Source: Vicinamibacterales bacterium
GTDB taxonomy: Bacteria; Acidobacteriota; Vicinamibacteria; Vicinamibacterales; UBA8438
NCBI GenBank assembly: GCA_965207595.1
Contig: CBDBMW010000012.1
Span: forward strand, 898,462 to 962,461
Reading direction: 5' to 3'
Length of the DNA stretch: 64,000 bases
Made by a program: the position numbers and the translations under genes. Below the pieces are notes generated by a model. The model saw nothing but the letters and a program-made list of their open reading frames with translations. It ran no database searches and had not been told where the DNA came from. This document shows, one piece after another, positions 1 to 8,807 of the stretch. The first letter of the stretch is position 1; the number at the start of each line of letters is the position of its first letter.

Positions 1-103
1 CGGCGGCCGGGCCGGCACCGGCGGCCGCGCCAGCGCCGATGGCCAGCGCGAGAACGCCGGCCGTCAGACGGGACCGGCCGATTCGGGTCACGGGGTGCCG
101 CAT
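1..103 (-). CDS. secreted protein, N-terminal fragment running off the left edge
   Basis: ATG at 101-103 (minus) is preceded by GGAGGAGG. It reads MRHPVTRIGRSRLTAGVLALAIGAGAAAGAG.., which looks like a signal peptide. It has no stop in the window, so it is absent from the ORF track. Confidence 0.4.
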   Translation of the reverse strand, partial: MRHPVTRIGRSRLTAGVLALAIGAGAAAGAGPAA

Positions 104-202
104 CTCGACCTCCTCCTCATCGTCAGCCCCTGCCAACCCGGGCAGTCTACATGCAAGGGTGCGGCGCCGGCAGGGCCGCTCGACGGCCGATGGCGAGCAG
201 GT

Positions 203-502
203 ATGATCGAGACGATGGCGTCCGATGAGACTGCGGCCCACGAACGGCGTGCAGCGCGCGCCTCGATGCCGATCAGGGTGTTCCGACTCGGTGAGGAGCC
301 CGGCGACGACCTGAGCGACCGCACGACCCCGGAAGAACGAATCGCGATGATGTGGCAGCTCGCGGTCGACGCCTGGGCCTCTGCCGGCCGGCGTCTTCCC
401 CAGTACTCGCGCGACCGGATGCCGGGGCGCGTCGTCCGCGTATCACCACCGCCTGTGGCCGGGCTACGCGCCCATCAGCCCGACACCGACAGCCGACGTT
501 GA
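203..502 (+). CDS. small hypothetical protein
   Basis: ATG 203 lies inside track ORF 95..502 (MIETMASDE..EERIAMMWQLAVDAW..). It is followed out of frame (~505-570) by NPDFLDLLAALVRAEARFLIVGG, a nucleotidyltransferase-like N-terminus that then degenerates. Confidence 0.3.
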   Translation: MIETMASDETAAHERRAARASMPIRVFRLGEEPGDDLSDRTTPEERIAMMWQLAVDAWASAGRRLPQYSRDRMPGRVVRVSPPPVAGLRAHQPDTDSRR

Positions 503-850
503 ACCCCGACTTTCTCGACCTCCTGGCCGCGCTCGTGCGGGCGGAGGCCCGGTTCCTGATCGTCGGCGGACGTGGCCATCCCGGAGCGACGGGGAGAGTA
601 GCCGCCAGCCGGCTTGGAGCGCTGCTCCTGGTGTCCTGCGCCAGCGCCCCGACGCGGCAGACGAACACATGTCTGCTACTCGGCCTCGCCCGCTCGATGC
701 ACCTCATGCACGGCGGCTGCCAGCCTCGTCAAGGTCTCCTTGCCAAGTTGAGCAGCCGTATGTTGGCTGCGCCACAGGCAACGGAAGGCGGGTGTCGGCG
801 CCGAGACCGGCGGGGCCACCGACGCGTGTCGGTGGCCCCGCTATCAGGAT

Positions 851-1693
851 CTAGGAACAACTGGGCCCGGTTCGCTCCCCGCGAACCCACCCGGCCAGCA
901 TCTGCCACTCCGGGTCGTCACGAGTCTGCCAGCGTCGCGGACCGTTGTGCGTGTAGGCGCCGCCGCCGTCGGGATGAAGGGGCTTCAGCAGAAACCGACT
1001 CTGCTCGGGGTTGCCCGGCGTGATCACGCGGGTGATCAGCCGATAGGCTCGCTCGGCCTCTTCGTCGCTCCACTCGTCGCCACGTCCGGGAGCCGGCGCG
1101 AAACCGATGAGCCCCCCGGAATGGCAGTTGCTGCAGCGGAGCTGCCCTTCGCGCGGATTTGCGAAGACGGTCTGGACGCACGCGCGGAAGAACTCGAAGT
1201 CGAGCTCGGGCTCCGGCGGAGGGACGAAGGCGTCCTCCGGCATGCTTCGAATCCAATCGAGCAGCGCAACGTACTCCGGGTCGTCAGCGGAGGTCCAGTA
1301 GGTCCCCCCCGTGTGAGTCAGTCCGCCCGCATCGGGTGACAGGGGCTTCAGGAGCAGCCGGCTGCTCTCGGGGTCGGCCGTGTTGATGAGCTGGCTCACC
1401 ACCTCGAAGTTGCGCATCGACTGCTCGCTGCTCCAGCCGGCATTGGAGCTCGGGGTCTCCAGACTGAAGCGCACGCTCGTCTGCCACGTGTGACACATCA
1501 CGCACGACGCATAGCCTGAAGTCGTGCCCCCGCGGTCTTCCATGAAGACGCTCTCGACGGTGCCGCGATACGTCTCCAACTCGCCGGTGCTCAGGGTCTG
1601 GGCGGCGACCGGCGCGACAACGCTTGGTAGTAGCGCCACGGCCGCCACCGCAGCCAGACAGCGGATCGGCCCCAGGCCGACTCTCGTCATCAT
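851..1693 (-). CDS. secreted di-haem cytochrome c-like protein
   Basis: Track ORF 851..1993 was trimmed to ATGATG at 1693. It has a signal peptide (MMTRVGLGPIRCLAAVAAVALL) and two CxxCH motifs (CVMCH, CSNCH). Two internally similar halves each carry SRxLLKPL.PD.GG..H.GG. Confidence 0.75.
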   Translation of the reverse strand: MMTRVGLGPIRCLAAVAAVALLPSVVAPVAAQTLSTGELETYRGTVESVFMEDRGGTTSGYASCVMCHTWQTSVRFSLETPSSNAGWSSEQSMRNFEVVSQLINTADPESSRLLLKPLSPDAGGLTHTGGTYWTSADDPEYVALLDWIRSMPEDAFVPPPEPELDFEFFRACVQTVFANPREGQLRCSNCHSGGLIGFAPAPGRGDEWSDEEAERAYRLITRVITPGNPEQSRFLLKPLHPDGGGAYTHNGPRRWQTRDDPEWQMLAGWVRGERTGPSCS

Positions 1694-1698
1694 GACGC

Positions 1699-2895
1699 CT
1701 ACTCCTCCTCCGACCGCATGTTGGTGCCGTTGGGATTCACGCGGTCGGGGGGCAGGATGACGGTGCTGATGCGGGCCGGCCGCGCGCCGGTCGTGATGCT
1801 GGCGACCACCTCGAGCTTCTCCAGATCGATCGCCAGCGTCTGGTCGGTCCCGGACACCGCGACATACATGTACTTGCTGTCGGGTGTCGATGTCATCCAG
1901 TTGGCACTCGGGCCCACCTCGACGCCGCCGATGTACTCGAGGTCGGGCAGACTCCAGCCGTAGATGCGGCTGTCGAGCCGGCTCGAGGCCCACACGGCGG
2001 AACGATCCGCCAGCACCTCGAGACCGTGCATGTCACCGGTCTGTATTCCGTCGGCGTTCTTTTCCCACAAGGGCAGCTCGGGCGGCCACAGCATGTCGAC
2101 GATCTCGCGGCTCTCCCAGTCGATTACCCACACGGCGTTGATCCCGGTCGCCTGCGCGAAGATCCGCTTCGTCGACCCGTCATCGTTCGCCTCGAAGGCC
2201 ATCGGTCGTACCGTGTGGTGCGTCCGGCCGTATTGCTCATATCCACTCAGCCCGAGTGACCAGGCCACCGTGTCGGTCTCGGGGTCGATCACCTGGATCG
2301 TCGGATCATCCGGCCCGGGCGTGCCGCGGAGACCGAGCACGATCCACCGTTCGTCAGGGGTCACGAAGACGTTGTGCACCGGATAGTGCACCTCGATGCT
2401 CTTGACCGTCTCGTGCGTATCGATGTCGATGACATCGACGAGCGCCGGCGCCGCCCGGTTCGGATCGACCTCGACCCCGGGGCCGAGTGGATTCGTCGAC
2501 CGCCGCGCGATCCCGGCATAGATCTTCCGGTGCTTCTTGTTGACCGCGACCTTGTTCGGTCGCTGCGACAGCTTGATCTGCTCGACCAGCTCGAGCGTCT
2601 TCGTGTCGAACACGTCGACCGTATGGTCCTGCTCGTTCGCGCAGTAGTAGTAGAGCGCGTCGGGATGCATCGTCAGGTTGTGCGGATTCGGACAACCTCT
2701 GATCAGCCCTACGACCTCGTTCAGCTCGGGGTCGATGACGTGCTGGATGGTGCCCGCGTTGTTGCTCTGCAGGATCCGCACGACCACCCCGTCGTAGGAA
2801 TCGAGCTGGGGCACCGCCTGTGCCGCCGCGGACGAGGCGAGAAGCAGACTGGCGACGACCACCGAGAGTGCGCGGCCGAAGAGTGAACCTGTCAT
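1699..2895 (-). CDS. secreted beta-propeller protein (YVTN / cytochrome D1-like repeats)
   Basis: Track ORF 1699..3144 was trimmed to ATG 2895, which has GGAGG upstream. It has a signal peptide (MTGSLFGRALSVVVASLLLASSAAAQA) and a repetitive propeller-like sequence. Its stop is 5 nt upstream of the cytochrome gene start. Confidence 0.7.
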   Translation of the reverse strand: MTGSLFGRALSVVVASLLLASSAAAQAVPQLDSYDGVVVRILQSNNAGTIQHVIDPELNEVVGLIRGCPNPHNLTMHPDALYYYCANEQDHTVDVFDTKTLELVEQIKLSQRPNKVAVNKKHRKIYAGIARRSTNPLGPGVEVDPNRAAPALVDVIDIDTHETVKSIEVHYPVHNVFVTPDERWIVLGLRGTPGPDDPTIQVIDPETDTVAWSLGLSGYEQYGRTHHTVRPMAFEANDDGSTKRIFAQATGINAVWVIDWESREIVDMLWPPELPLWEKNADGIQTGDMHGLEVLADRSAVWASSRLDSRIYGWSLPDLEYIGGVEVGPSANWMTSTPDSKYMYVAVSGTDQTLAIDLEKLEVVASITTGARPARISTVILPPDRVNPNGTNMRSEEE

Positions 2896-3262
2896 CTGAA
2901 CCTCCGTGTCATGGCCCATGGCGCACCGGACTGCTGCGCCGCACGACCGACCCGGTCCTGTCCGGACGCCTATCATAGCGGAGACGGACGCCCGGCGTCC
3001 TGCCCACACGATATCCTGAAGCGGCAGCTGCGAAACGTGATGAGCGAGACGTCCATGCCGCTGTTGCTGGCCAGGAAATCCACCATCCGCTCCGCTCGCT
3101 CGTCGGCGCCCGGGCCGACCGGATAGGTAGCCGAGAGCGGCCATCTCCGAGCCACGCCGGCAGGTTCTCCTCGCACGCGCCGGTAGTCCGACATCCGTGT
3201 CGAAGGCGCGGTACTCGGCGTCGTCCAGGACCGGCTGGTGGGTGCCGCAGGCAGCCGCGGAC

Positions 3263-4774
3263 TCAGCCGCCTAGCCGCAGCGCCAGCGCCCGATCCGCCT
3301 GCCGGCTGGCCGCGAGCAGCAACAGGTCCAACGGCAGCGTTCCGATCCGCCCGGTGGCGGTGCCCGGACCGAGGGGCGGCGCGTCCGGGCTGACGAGGTA
3401 GGCGCGCCCCTCGAACTGCGGGAAGCGTTCCAGGAACCGCAGCAGCCCCGACCGGGGGTGGCGGACGGACGAGGCGATCTCGAAGGCGAGCGGCTGGTCG
3501 GATTCATCGTAGACGAGGTCGACTTCGTGCTGCCCTTCGCGCCAGTGATGGAGCCGCGCCTGGGTCTGGCGGGCGAGCGCGTGCAGGTGGCTCGCGACCA
3601 GGTTCTCGTAGAGGAGCCCCATCTCCTCCGTATCGGTCAGTGGCCGGACGCCCCGCTGGAGCGCGGCGTTCCGCACCGCCCCGTCGACGAAGTAGACGCG
3701 CCGCCCGCGGCGCTGCACCGCCCCCTCGCGCCCGGAATAGTTCGGCAGCGTGAAGACCAGGAACGCGCGCTCCAGGTACGACAGGTAGCGGTCGAACGTC
3801 GGCTGCGACAGGCCGTCGAGCTCCTGGCGCATCCGCTGCGGCGACACGAGCCCGGTCACCTGCCCGGCCAGGGTGTAGAGCAGCCGCTCCAGCAGCATCG
3901 GGTTGTCGATACCGAACGCCTGCGGAATGTCCTTGTAGACCGCGCGCTCGACCGCGTCGCCGCGGAGCGTGCGCTGCGACCGCAGCAGCAGCGACTCGAG
4001 GTCGGCCGCGGGGTCGACGGCGCCCCCGGCGAATGGCGTCAGGAGCTCCGGGAACCCGCCCGTCAGCAGGAACGCCCTGCGGAGGGGCGCCAGTCTGGCG
4101 AGGTCGGGCCGCTCGTCGAGGGCGGCCGCCAGCGTCTCGGCGAGCGTCGCCTCGACCCGCAGCGGCACTTCTCGTTCCAGCAGATCGAGAAACTCGCCGA
4201 ACAGGTAAGGCGCCAGGTACGGCTCCTCCCAACGTCCGACGCCGCTCTCCAGCCGACGATCGCCCAGAGCGGCGGTCGCGCTCGACGAGCCGGCCAGGCG
4301 GATCGGCCACCGCTCGTCGTGGAACGTCTTCAGCCAGAGGTCCCAGTCGCGCGCGTACGTCAGTTCGTCCAGGAAGACGAAGGCCGGTTCACCCGGGTCG
4401 GCGTCGCGGTCACGAACGACGGAGAGGAGAGCCCCGAGGTCGAACTCCAGCAGCAACGGGTGATCGAGCCGCAGCCACCAGACGTGCGCCGGCCGGACGC
4501 CCGCACGGAGCAGACCGCGCACCGCTTGGTAGAGACAGGTGGTCTTCCCGACACGGCGCGGACCCAGGACGAGCTGAAAGCGACGGGGGTCCGTTGCCTG
4601 CAGGGACCGGGCGAGGAGCGACGCGAGGCGCCGTTCCACCGGCGGAGCCAAGGCCACCGGGACTTCGCCGTCGTGATGCCAAGGGTTCTGCTCGATGAGT
4701 ACCTGCGTGTAGTCCTCTACGCGGGGCGTCCAGGTGCGCCTGCCTCGCCCCCCCGACGCCCGCTTCCTCGGCAT
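3263..4774 (-). CDS. AAA+ ATPase, AAA_14/DUF4143-like
   Basis: Walker A (GPRRVGKTT) and Walker B (FVFLDELTY) are present, with a C-terminal DUF4143-like region. Track ORF 3263..4894 was trimmed to ATG 4774 (MPRKRASGG..). Confidence 0.8.
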   Translation of the reverse strand: MPRKRASGGRGRRTWTPRVEDYTQVLIEQNPWHHDGEVPVALAPPVERRLASLLARSLQATDPRRFQLVLGPRRVGKTTCLYQAVRGLLRAGVRPAHVWWLRLDHPLLLEFDLGALLSVVRDRDADPGEPAFVFLDELTYARDWDLWLKTFHDERWPIRLAGSSSATAALGDRRLESGVGRWEEPYLAPYLFGEFLDLLEREVPLRVEATLAETLAAALDERPDLARLAPLRRAFLLTGGFPELLTPFAGGAVDPAADLESLLLRSQRTLRGDAVERAVYKDIPQAFGIDNPMLLERLLYTLAGQVTGLVSPQRMRQELDGLSQPTFDRYLSYLERAFLVFTLPNYSGREGAVQRRGRRVYFVDGAVRNAALQRGVRPLTDTEEMGLLYENLVASHLHALARQTQARLHHWREGQHEVDLVYDESDQPLAFEIASSVRHPRSGLLRFLERFPQFEGRAYLVSPDAPPLGPGTATGRIGTLPLDLLLLAASRQADRALALRLGG

Positions 4775-4817
4775 CTCAACAGCACACGCGGTTGCGCTTC
4801 GAATGGGTGCTGTTTGC

Positions 4818-4845
4818 AGAATAGCATATTCTTGCCGGATGTTAA
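4818..4845 (-). promoter_or_regulatory. candidate sigma70-like promoter of the AAA+ ATPase gene
   Basis: On the minus strand this reads TTAACA-N16-TATTCT in an AT-rich patch about 45 nt upstream of ATG 4774. It overlaps the inverted repeat AGAATA-gca-TATTCT. Confidence 0.3.
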
Positions 4846-4921
4846 TGGGTGCCGGCCGAGGTGCCGCAGGCTCGGCGGCCGGCCCGCGGAACACCGCCGG
4901 GCCGGCCGCCGAAGCGCCGAA

Positions 4922-5926
4922 TCAGAACATCGCGATCGGGTTGACCGGCGACCCCGTGCCGTTCGGAATCCGCAGGGGCGCGATGGTCATCATGAACTCC
5001 CAGCGGTTGCGCTCGGCGGCGGCATTGGCCAGATCCTGGAAATCGGCCCGGTCGAGCACCTGGATGCCCAGGATGGTCAGGGCGAAGTTGTGGAGCGCCG
5101 TGCGGGGCAGATCGCCCTCCGGCTGCGGCGCGTAGCCGGGCGTCTCCCAGCCGGCGATGGCGACGTCCCGTTCCTTGAGCCACGGGATGACGTTGTTGTC
5201 GAGCCCGGCCGCCTCCTGGCCGGTGTCGAAGGGCCCGAGGGCGTCCTGGCGGGCCCAGCGTCCCCAGCGGATGAGGAAGGCATCGCCGGGACCCGCCCGC
5301 ACGCCGGCCATCTCCTCCCAGGCCTCGAGGTCCGCCACCGTGATGCGGGTGCCCGGCTCGAGCCACGGCACGCCCTTGAGCCGCGGGATGTCGTAGAGCA
5401 CGGCGCGCGTCACCAGGCCGTCCTTGACGGCCATGATGGAGTTCTTCTTCGCGCCCTCCTCCATCGTCACCAGGCCGTCCACGTCGTAGCCGTTCCACAT
5501 CTTGCCGTCGAAGAAGACGTGGGCGAAGGCGTCGAGGTGCGTCGTGCCCGGCCCGTGGATGCACGGGTAGTTGATCGTGTCGCTCGCGGCCCGGCGGTTG
5601 GCCACCGTCATCGACCATTCGACCGGACAGGGGACATCGGCGGAGCGGTAGTTCTGGGCGTTCGACGCCAGCGAGACGGTGAAGCCCTCCGTGACGAGGG
5701 CGGCCGCCTCGGCCCGCTTGGCGGGCGTGATCAGATTGGCCGCGCCCAGCTCGTCGTCGGGGCCCCAGCGCCCCCAGTTCGAGAGCTCGGTCAGCCACCT
5801 GTCGAACTGCTCGGGGGTCACGAGCGGCGGAAGCGCGTCCGGCTCCTGCGCGTGCGGACCGGCGGCGAGCATGGCCGCGCACGCGGCTCCGGCCAGGAAC
5901 AGCGACAGGCGGGCAGATCTGATCAT
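4922..5926 (-). CDS. cyclase family protein (arylformamidase-like), secreted
   Basis: The motif HGPGTTHLDAFAH fits the putative-cyclase HxGTHxDxPxH signature. A signal peptide (MIRSARLSLFLAGAACAAMLAAG) is present. Track ORF was trimmed to ATG 5926. Confidence 0.8.
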   Translation of the reverse strand: MIRSARLSLFLAGAACAAMLAAGPHAQEPDALPPLVTPEQFDRWLTELSNWGRWGPDDELGAANLITPAKRAEAAALVTEGFTVSLASNAQNYRSADVPCPVEWSMTVANRRAASDTINYPCIHGPGTTHLDAFAHVFFDGKMWNGYDVDGLVTMEEGAKKNSIMAVKDGLVTRAVLYDIPRLKGVPWLEPGTRITVADLEAWEEMAGVRAGPGDAFLIRWGRWARQDALGPFDTGQEAAGLDNNVIPWLKERDVAIAGWETPGYAPQPEGDLPRTALHNFALTILGIQVLDRADFQDLANAAAERNRWEFMMTIAPLRIPNGTGSPVNPIAMF

Positions 5927-6186
5927 CGCGGGCTCCCCTCTTGTCGAAGTCCGGCCATTATAGCGACGCCTCCGGCCCAGCCACCGGCGAAGGTCGCGAC
6001 CGGAACCGAGCGGACGACCTTCGGAGGCCTGCTGGCCGTCTGCTGCCGGCATACCTCTGCTCAACGCCCCCGCAGACGACGATTCGGCCCTGCCACCTTC
6101 GCCACCGCGCGTCCGGGCCGATCGTCCGCGACCGATGACCCGTCACGGAGTGCGACCGGATACGATCGGCCTGCACTTCGCCTTTC

Positions 6187-8685
6187 ATGTCGCCCCACCC
6201 AACCCGCCGTCGGCCCCGCCGGTTCGCGCGCCTCGTTGCGCTCGCGGCAGGACTGGCCCTGGCGGGCGCGGGCGGGGAAGCAAGCGCCCAATCCGAGCTG
6301 GCCCCCGGCACGCCCGACCCGCGAGAGACCGCGCCGTCCCTGGCCCAGGCGCCTCCGGGCCAGCGCACCGGCGGCTTTGCCGTGATCGGGGCCGCCGACC
6401 GGCCGGCACCGCCGATCCCGCCCGCGGTCATCGCGCGCGACGCGCTTCGGCGCGCCACCATCCGGGCGGTGAAGCTGTCGACGGGCCTGCGCCTCGACGG
6501 GCGGCTCGACGAGCCGGTCTACGAGACGGTGCCCGCCATCGACGACTTCATCCAGCAGGAGCCCGACGAGGGCGCGCCCGGGACCGAGCGCACGGAGGTC
6601 TGGATCCTGTTCGACCGCGACCACATCTACGTCGCGGGCCGCCTCTGGGACTCGGCTCCGCCCAGCGCGTGGGTCGCGAACGAGATGCGGCGCGACACGA
6701 GCCAGCTCCGCGAGAACGACACGCTCTGGGTCGCCCTCGACACCTTCAACGACCGGCGCAACGGCGTCGCCTTCTACACGAACCCGCTCGGCGCCATCGG
6801 CGACTTCCAGATCACCAACGAGGGCAACCCCAACGGCGACTGGAACCCGGTCTGGGACGTGCGCACGGGGCGCTTCGAGGGCGGGTGGACGGTCGAGATG
6901 GAGATCCCCTTCAAGTCGCTCCGCTACCGGCCGGATGCGGCGCCGGTCTGGGGAATCCAGATGCGCCGGCTGGTGCGGCGGCGGAACGAACGAACCTACC
7001 TGACGCCGGTGCCGATCTCGATCGGCCGCCGGGGCCTCTTCCGGGTGTCGGACGCCGCGCAGCTCGTGGGGCTGGAGCTGCCGGCGGCGGGCCGGGCGCT
7101 CGACGTCAAGCCCTACGCCATCGGCGGGAGCACGACGGCCGGCAGCGGCGACGGATCGTTCGACACGGCCGGCAACGCGGACGGCGGCATCGACGTCAAG
7201 TACGGCGTGACGCGCAACCTCACCGCCGACCTCACGCTCAACACCGACTTCGCGCAGGTCGAGGTGGACGAGCGGCAGGTCAACCTGACGCGCTTCAACC
7301 TGTTCTTCCCCGAGAAACGCGAGTTCTTCCTGGAGGGGCGCGGCATCTTCGACTTCGCGCGCGGCGGCGGCCCGAGTGCGCGCGACAGCGCGCTGCGCCA
7401 GATCGGCGGGGGCGGCCCCGGGCGTTTCGGCGGCGGGAACGCGCCGACGCTCTTCTACTCGCGGCGGATCGGCCTCGGCGAAAGCGGGCAGGTCGTGCCC
7501 ATCCGGGGCGGCGGGCGCATCACGGGCAAGGTCGGCCCCTTCGACCTCGGCGCGCTGAGCATCCAGACCGGCGATGCCGCCGACCTCGGAGGGAGCGTGG
7601 CGGGCAGCGGGGCGGCGCACGGCACCAGCGCAGCGAGCGGCGCCGCAGCTACCAACTTCACGGTGGTCCGCATCAAGCGTGACGTGCTGCGCCGAAGCAG
7701 TGTCGGAGCGCTGTTCACGAACCGCTCCGTCTCGATCGCCGGGGACGGGGCCAACCAGGTCTTCGGCGCCGACGGGACGTTCTCGTTCTACGAGAACGTC
7801 AGCCTCGTCGGATACGTCGCGAGAACGGAAACCCCCGGCCTCGAAGAACGGGACCTCAGCTACCAGGGCCAGTTCACCTACGCCGGGGACCGCTACGGCC
7901 TCTCGGCCGAGCACCTGGTCGTGGAGGCCAACTTCCGGCCCGAGGTCGGCTTCGTCCGCCGCGACAACTTTCGCCGCTCCTACGCCTCCGCCCGCTTCAG
8001 CCCGCGGCCGCGGTCGATTGAAGCCGTGAGGCGCTTCCGTCTCGAGGCGAGCCTGGACTACATCGAGACCGCCGACACCGGTATCGTCGAGAGCAGGGAG
8101 GCGCAGATCGGCTTCTCCACCGAGTTCGAGTCGAGCGACCGGGTCGGGGTGACGGCTGTCGACAGCTACGAGTTCCTCCTCGAACCGTTCGCAGCCGGGC
8201 CGGACGTGACCCTCCCGGTGGGCGGCTACGGATTCCGCGACGTCGAGACCAGCTACACGATCGGCGCGCAGCGCCGGCTCACCGGCATCCTCCGGGTGCG
8301 TGCGGGCCAGTACTTCAACGGCACGATCCGCTCCGTCGGCTTCAGCCGCGGCCGGCTGGCGCTCACGCCGGAGCTCGCCATCGAGCCGACGCTGTCCGTC
8401 AACTGGATCGAGTTGCCGCAAGGGAGCTTCCGCAACGACCTGTACCTCTCGCGCATCACCTACACCTTCACCCCGCGCATGTTCTTCAGCGGCCTGCTGC
8501 AGTATGCCTCCGCGTCCGGGACCCTCAGCACGAACCTGCGGCTGCGCTGGGAGTACAGCCCCGGCAGCGAGTTCTTCGTCGTCTACACCGAGGACCGCGA
8601 CACCGACCCGCTGCGGCCCGACCGCTACACCATGCTCCGCAACCGCGGCCTCGCGGTGAAGGTCACGCGCCTGTTCCGCTTCTGA
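6187..8685 (+). CDS. CBM9-like / DUF5916-like outer-membrane protein
   Basis: The 832-aa product has a signal peptide and an N-terminal stretch (LRLDGRLDEPVYETVPAIDDFIQQEPDEG..WILFDRDHIYVAGRLWD) typical of this family. The remainder is beta-barrel-like and ends ..VTRLFRF. Confidence 0.7.
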   Translation: MSPHPTRRRPRRFARLVALAAGLALAGAGGEASAQSELAPGTPDPRETAPSLAQAPPGQRTGGFAVIGAADRPAPPIPPAVIARDALRRATIRAVKLSTGLRLDGRLDEPVYETVPAIDDFIQQEPDEGAPGTERTEVWILFDRDHIYVAGRLWDSAPPSAWVANEMRRDTSQLRENDTLWVALDTFNDRRNGVAFYTNPLGAIGDFQITNEGNPNGDWNPVWDVRTGRFEGGWTVEMEIPFKSLRYRPDAAPVWGIQMRRLVRRRNERTYLTPVPISIGRRGLFRVSDAAQLVGLELPAAGRALDVKPYAIGGSTTAGSGDGSFDTAGNADGGIDVKYGVTRNLTADLTLNTDFAQVEVDERQVNLTRFNLFFPEKREFFLEGRGIFDFARGGGPSARDSALRQIGGGGPGRFGGGNAPTLFYSRRIGLGESGQVVPIRGGGRITGKVGPFDLGALSIQTGDAADLGGSVAGSGAAHGTSAASGAAATNFTVVRIKRDVLRRSSVGALFTNRSVSIAGDGANQVFGADGTFSFYENVSLVGYVARTETPGLEERDLSYQGQFTYAGDRYGLSAEHLVVEANFRPEVGFVRRDNFRRSYASARFSPRPRSIEAVRRFRLEASLDYIETADTGIVESREAQIGFSTEFESSDRVGVTAVDSYEFLLEPFAAGPDVTLPVGGYGFRDVETSYTIGAQRRLTGILRVRAGQYFNGTIRSVGFSRGRLALTPELAIEPTLSVNWIELPQGSFRNDLYLSRITYTFTPRMFFSGLLQYASASGTLSTNLRLRWEYSPGSEFFVVYTEDRDTDPLRPDRYTMLRNRGLAVKVTRLFRF

Positions 8686-8807
8686 GTGGCTGCAGCCGTC
8701 CCGCCAGGGAGCGGAGCCGGGAAGGCCGTCCATGCTGCCGTGCAGCTCGCGCCGCCACCCGCGGGGAGCGGAGCCGGGTACGATTGTCTGGAGGCAAGGC
8801 AAGCTCA

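Noticed and set aside
505-850. Nucleotidyltransferase-like start (NPDFLDLLAALVRAEARFLIVGG) suggesting a toxin-antitoxin-type pair with 203..502
   Set aside because: The similarity ends after ~25 residues in every frame. It is probably a degenerate remnant and was not called as a gene.
2950-3260. Protein-like fragments in three minus-strand frames (..HQPVLDDAEYRAFDTD.., ..ENLPAWLGDGRSRLP.., ..ADERAERMVDFLASNSGMDVSLITF)
   Set aside because: This looks like a decayed gene between the propeller gene and the AAA+ ATPase gene. The frames are broken more than once, and I cannot name the family or define its ends.
3458-6385. Very long track ORFs (for example 3458..6385 +, 6061..8808 -, 13886..16255 +, 16285..18075 -, 17825..20794 -, 19327..23223 +, 20882..23311 -, 29025..31682 +, 29410..31917 -, 45923..48301 +, 60196..61680 -)
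   Set aside because: Their translations are Arg/Pro/Gly/Ala-rich and low in complexity. Each lies antisense to, or out of frame with, an ORF that has clear family motifs, a signal peptide and an RBS. Stop-poor alternative frames are expected at this GC content.
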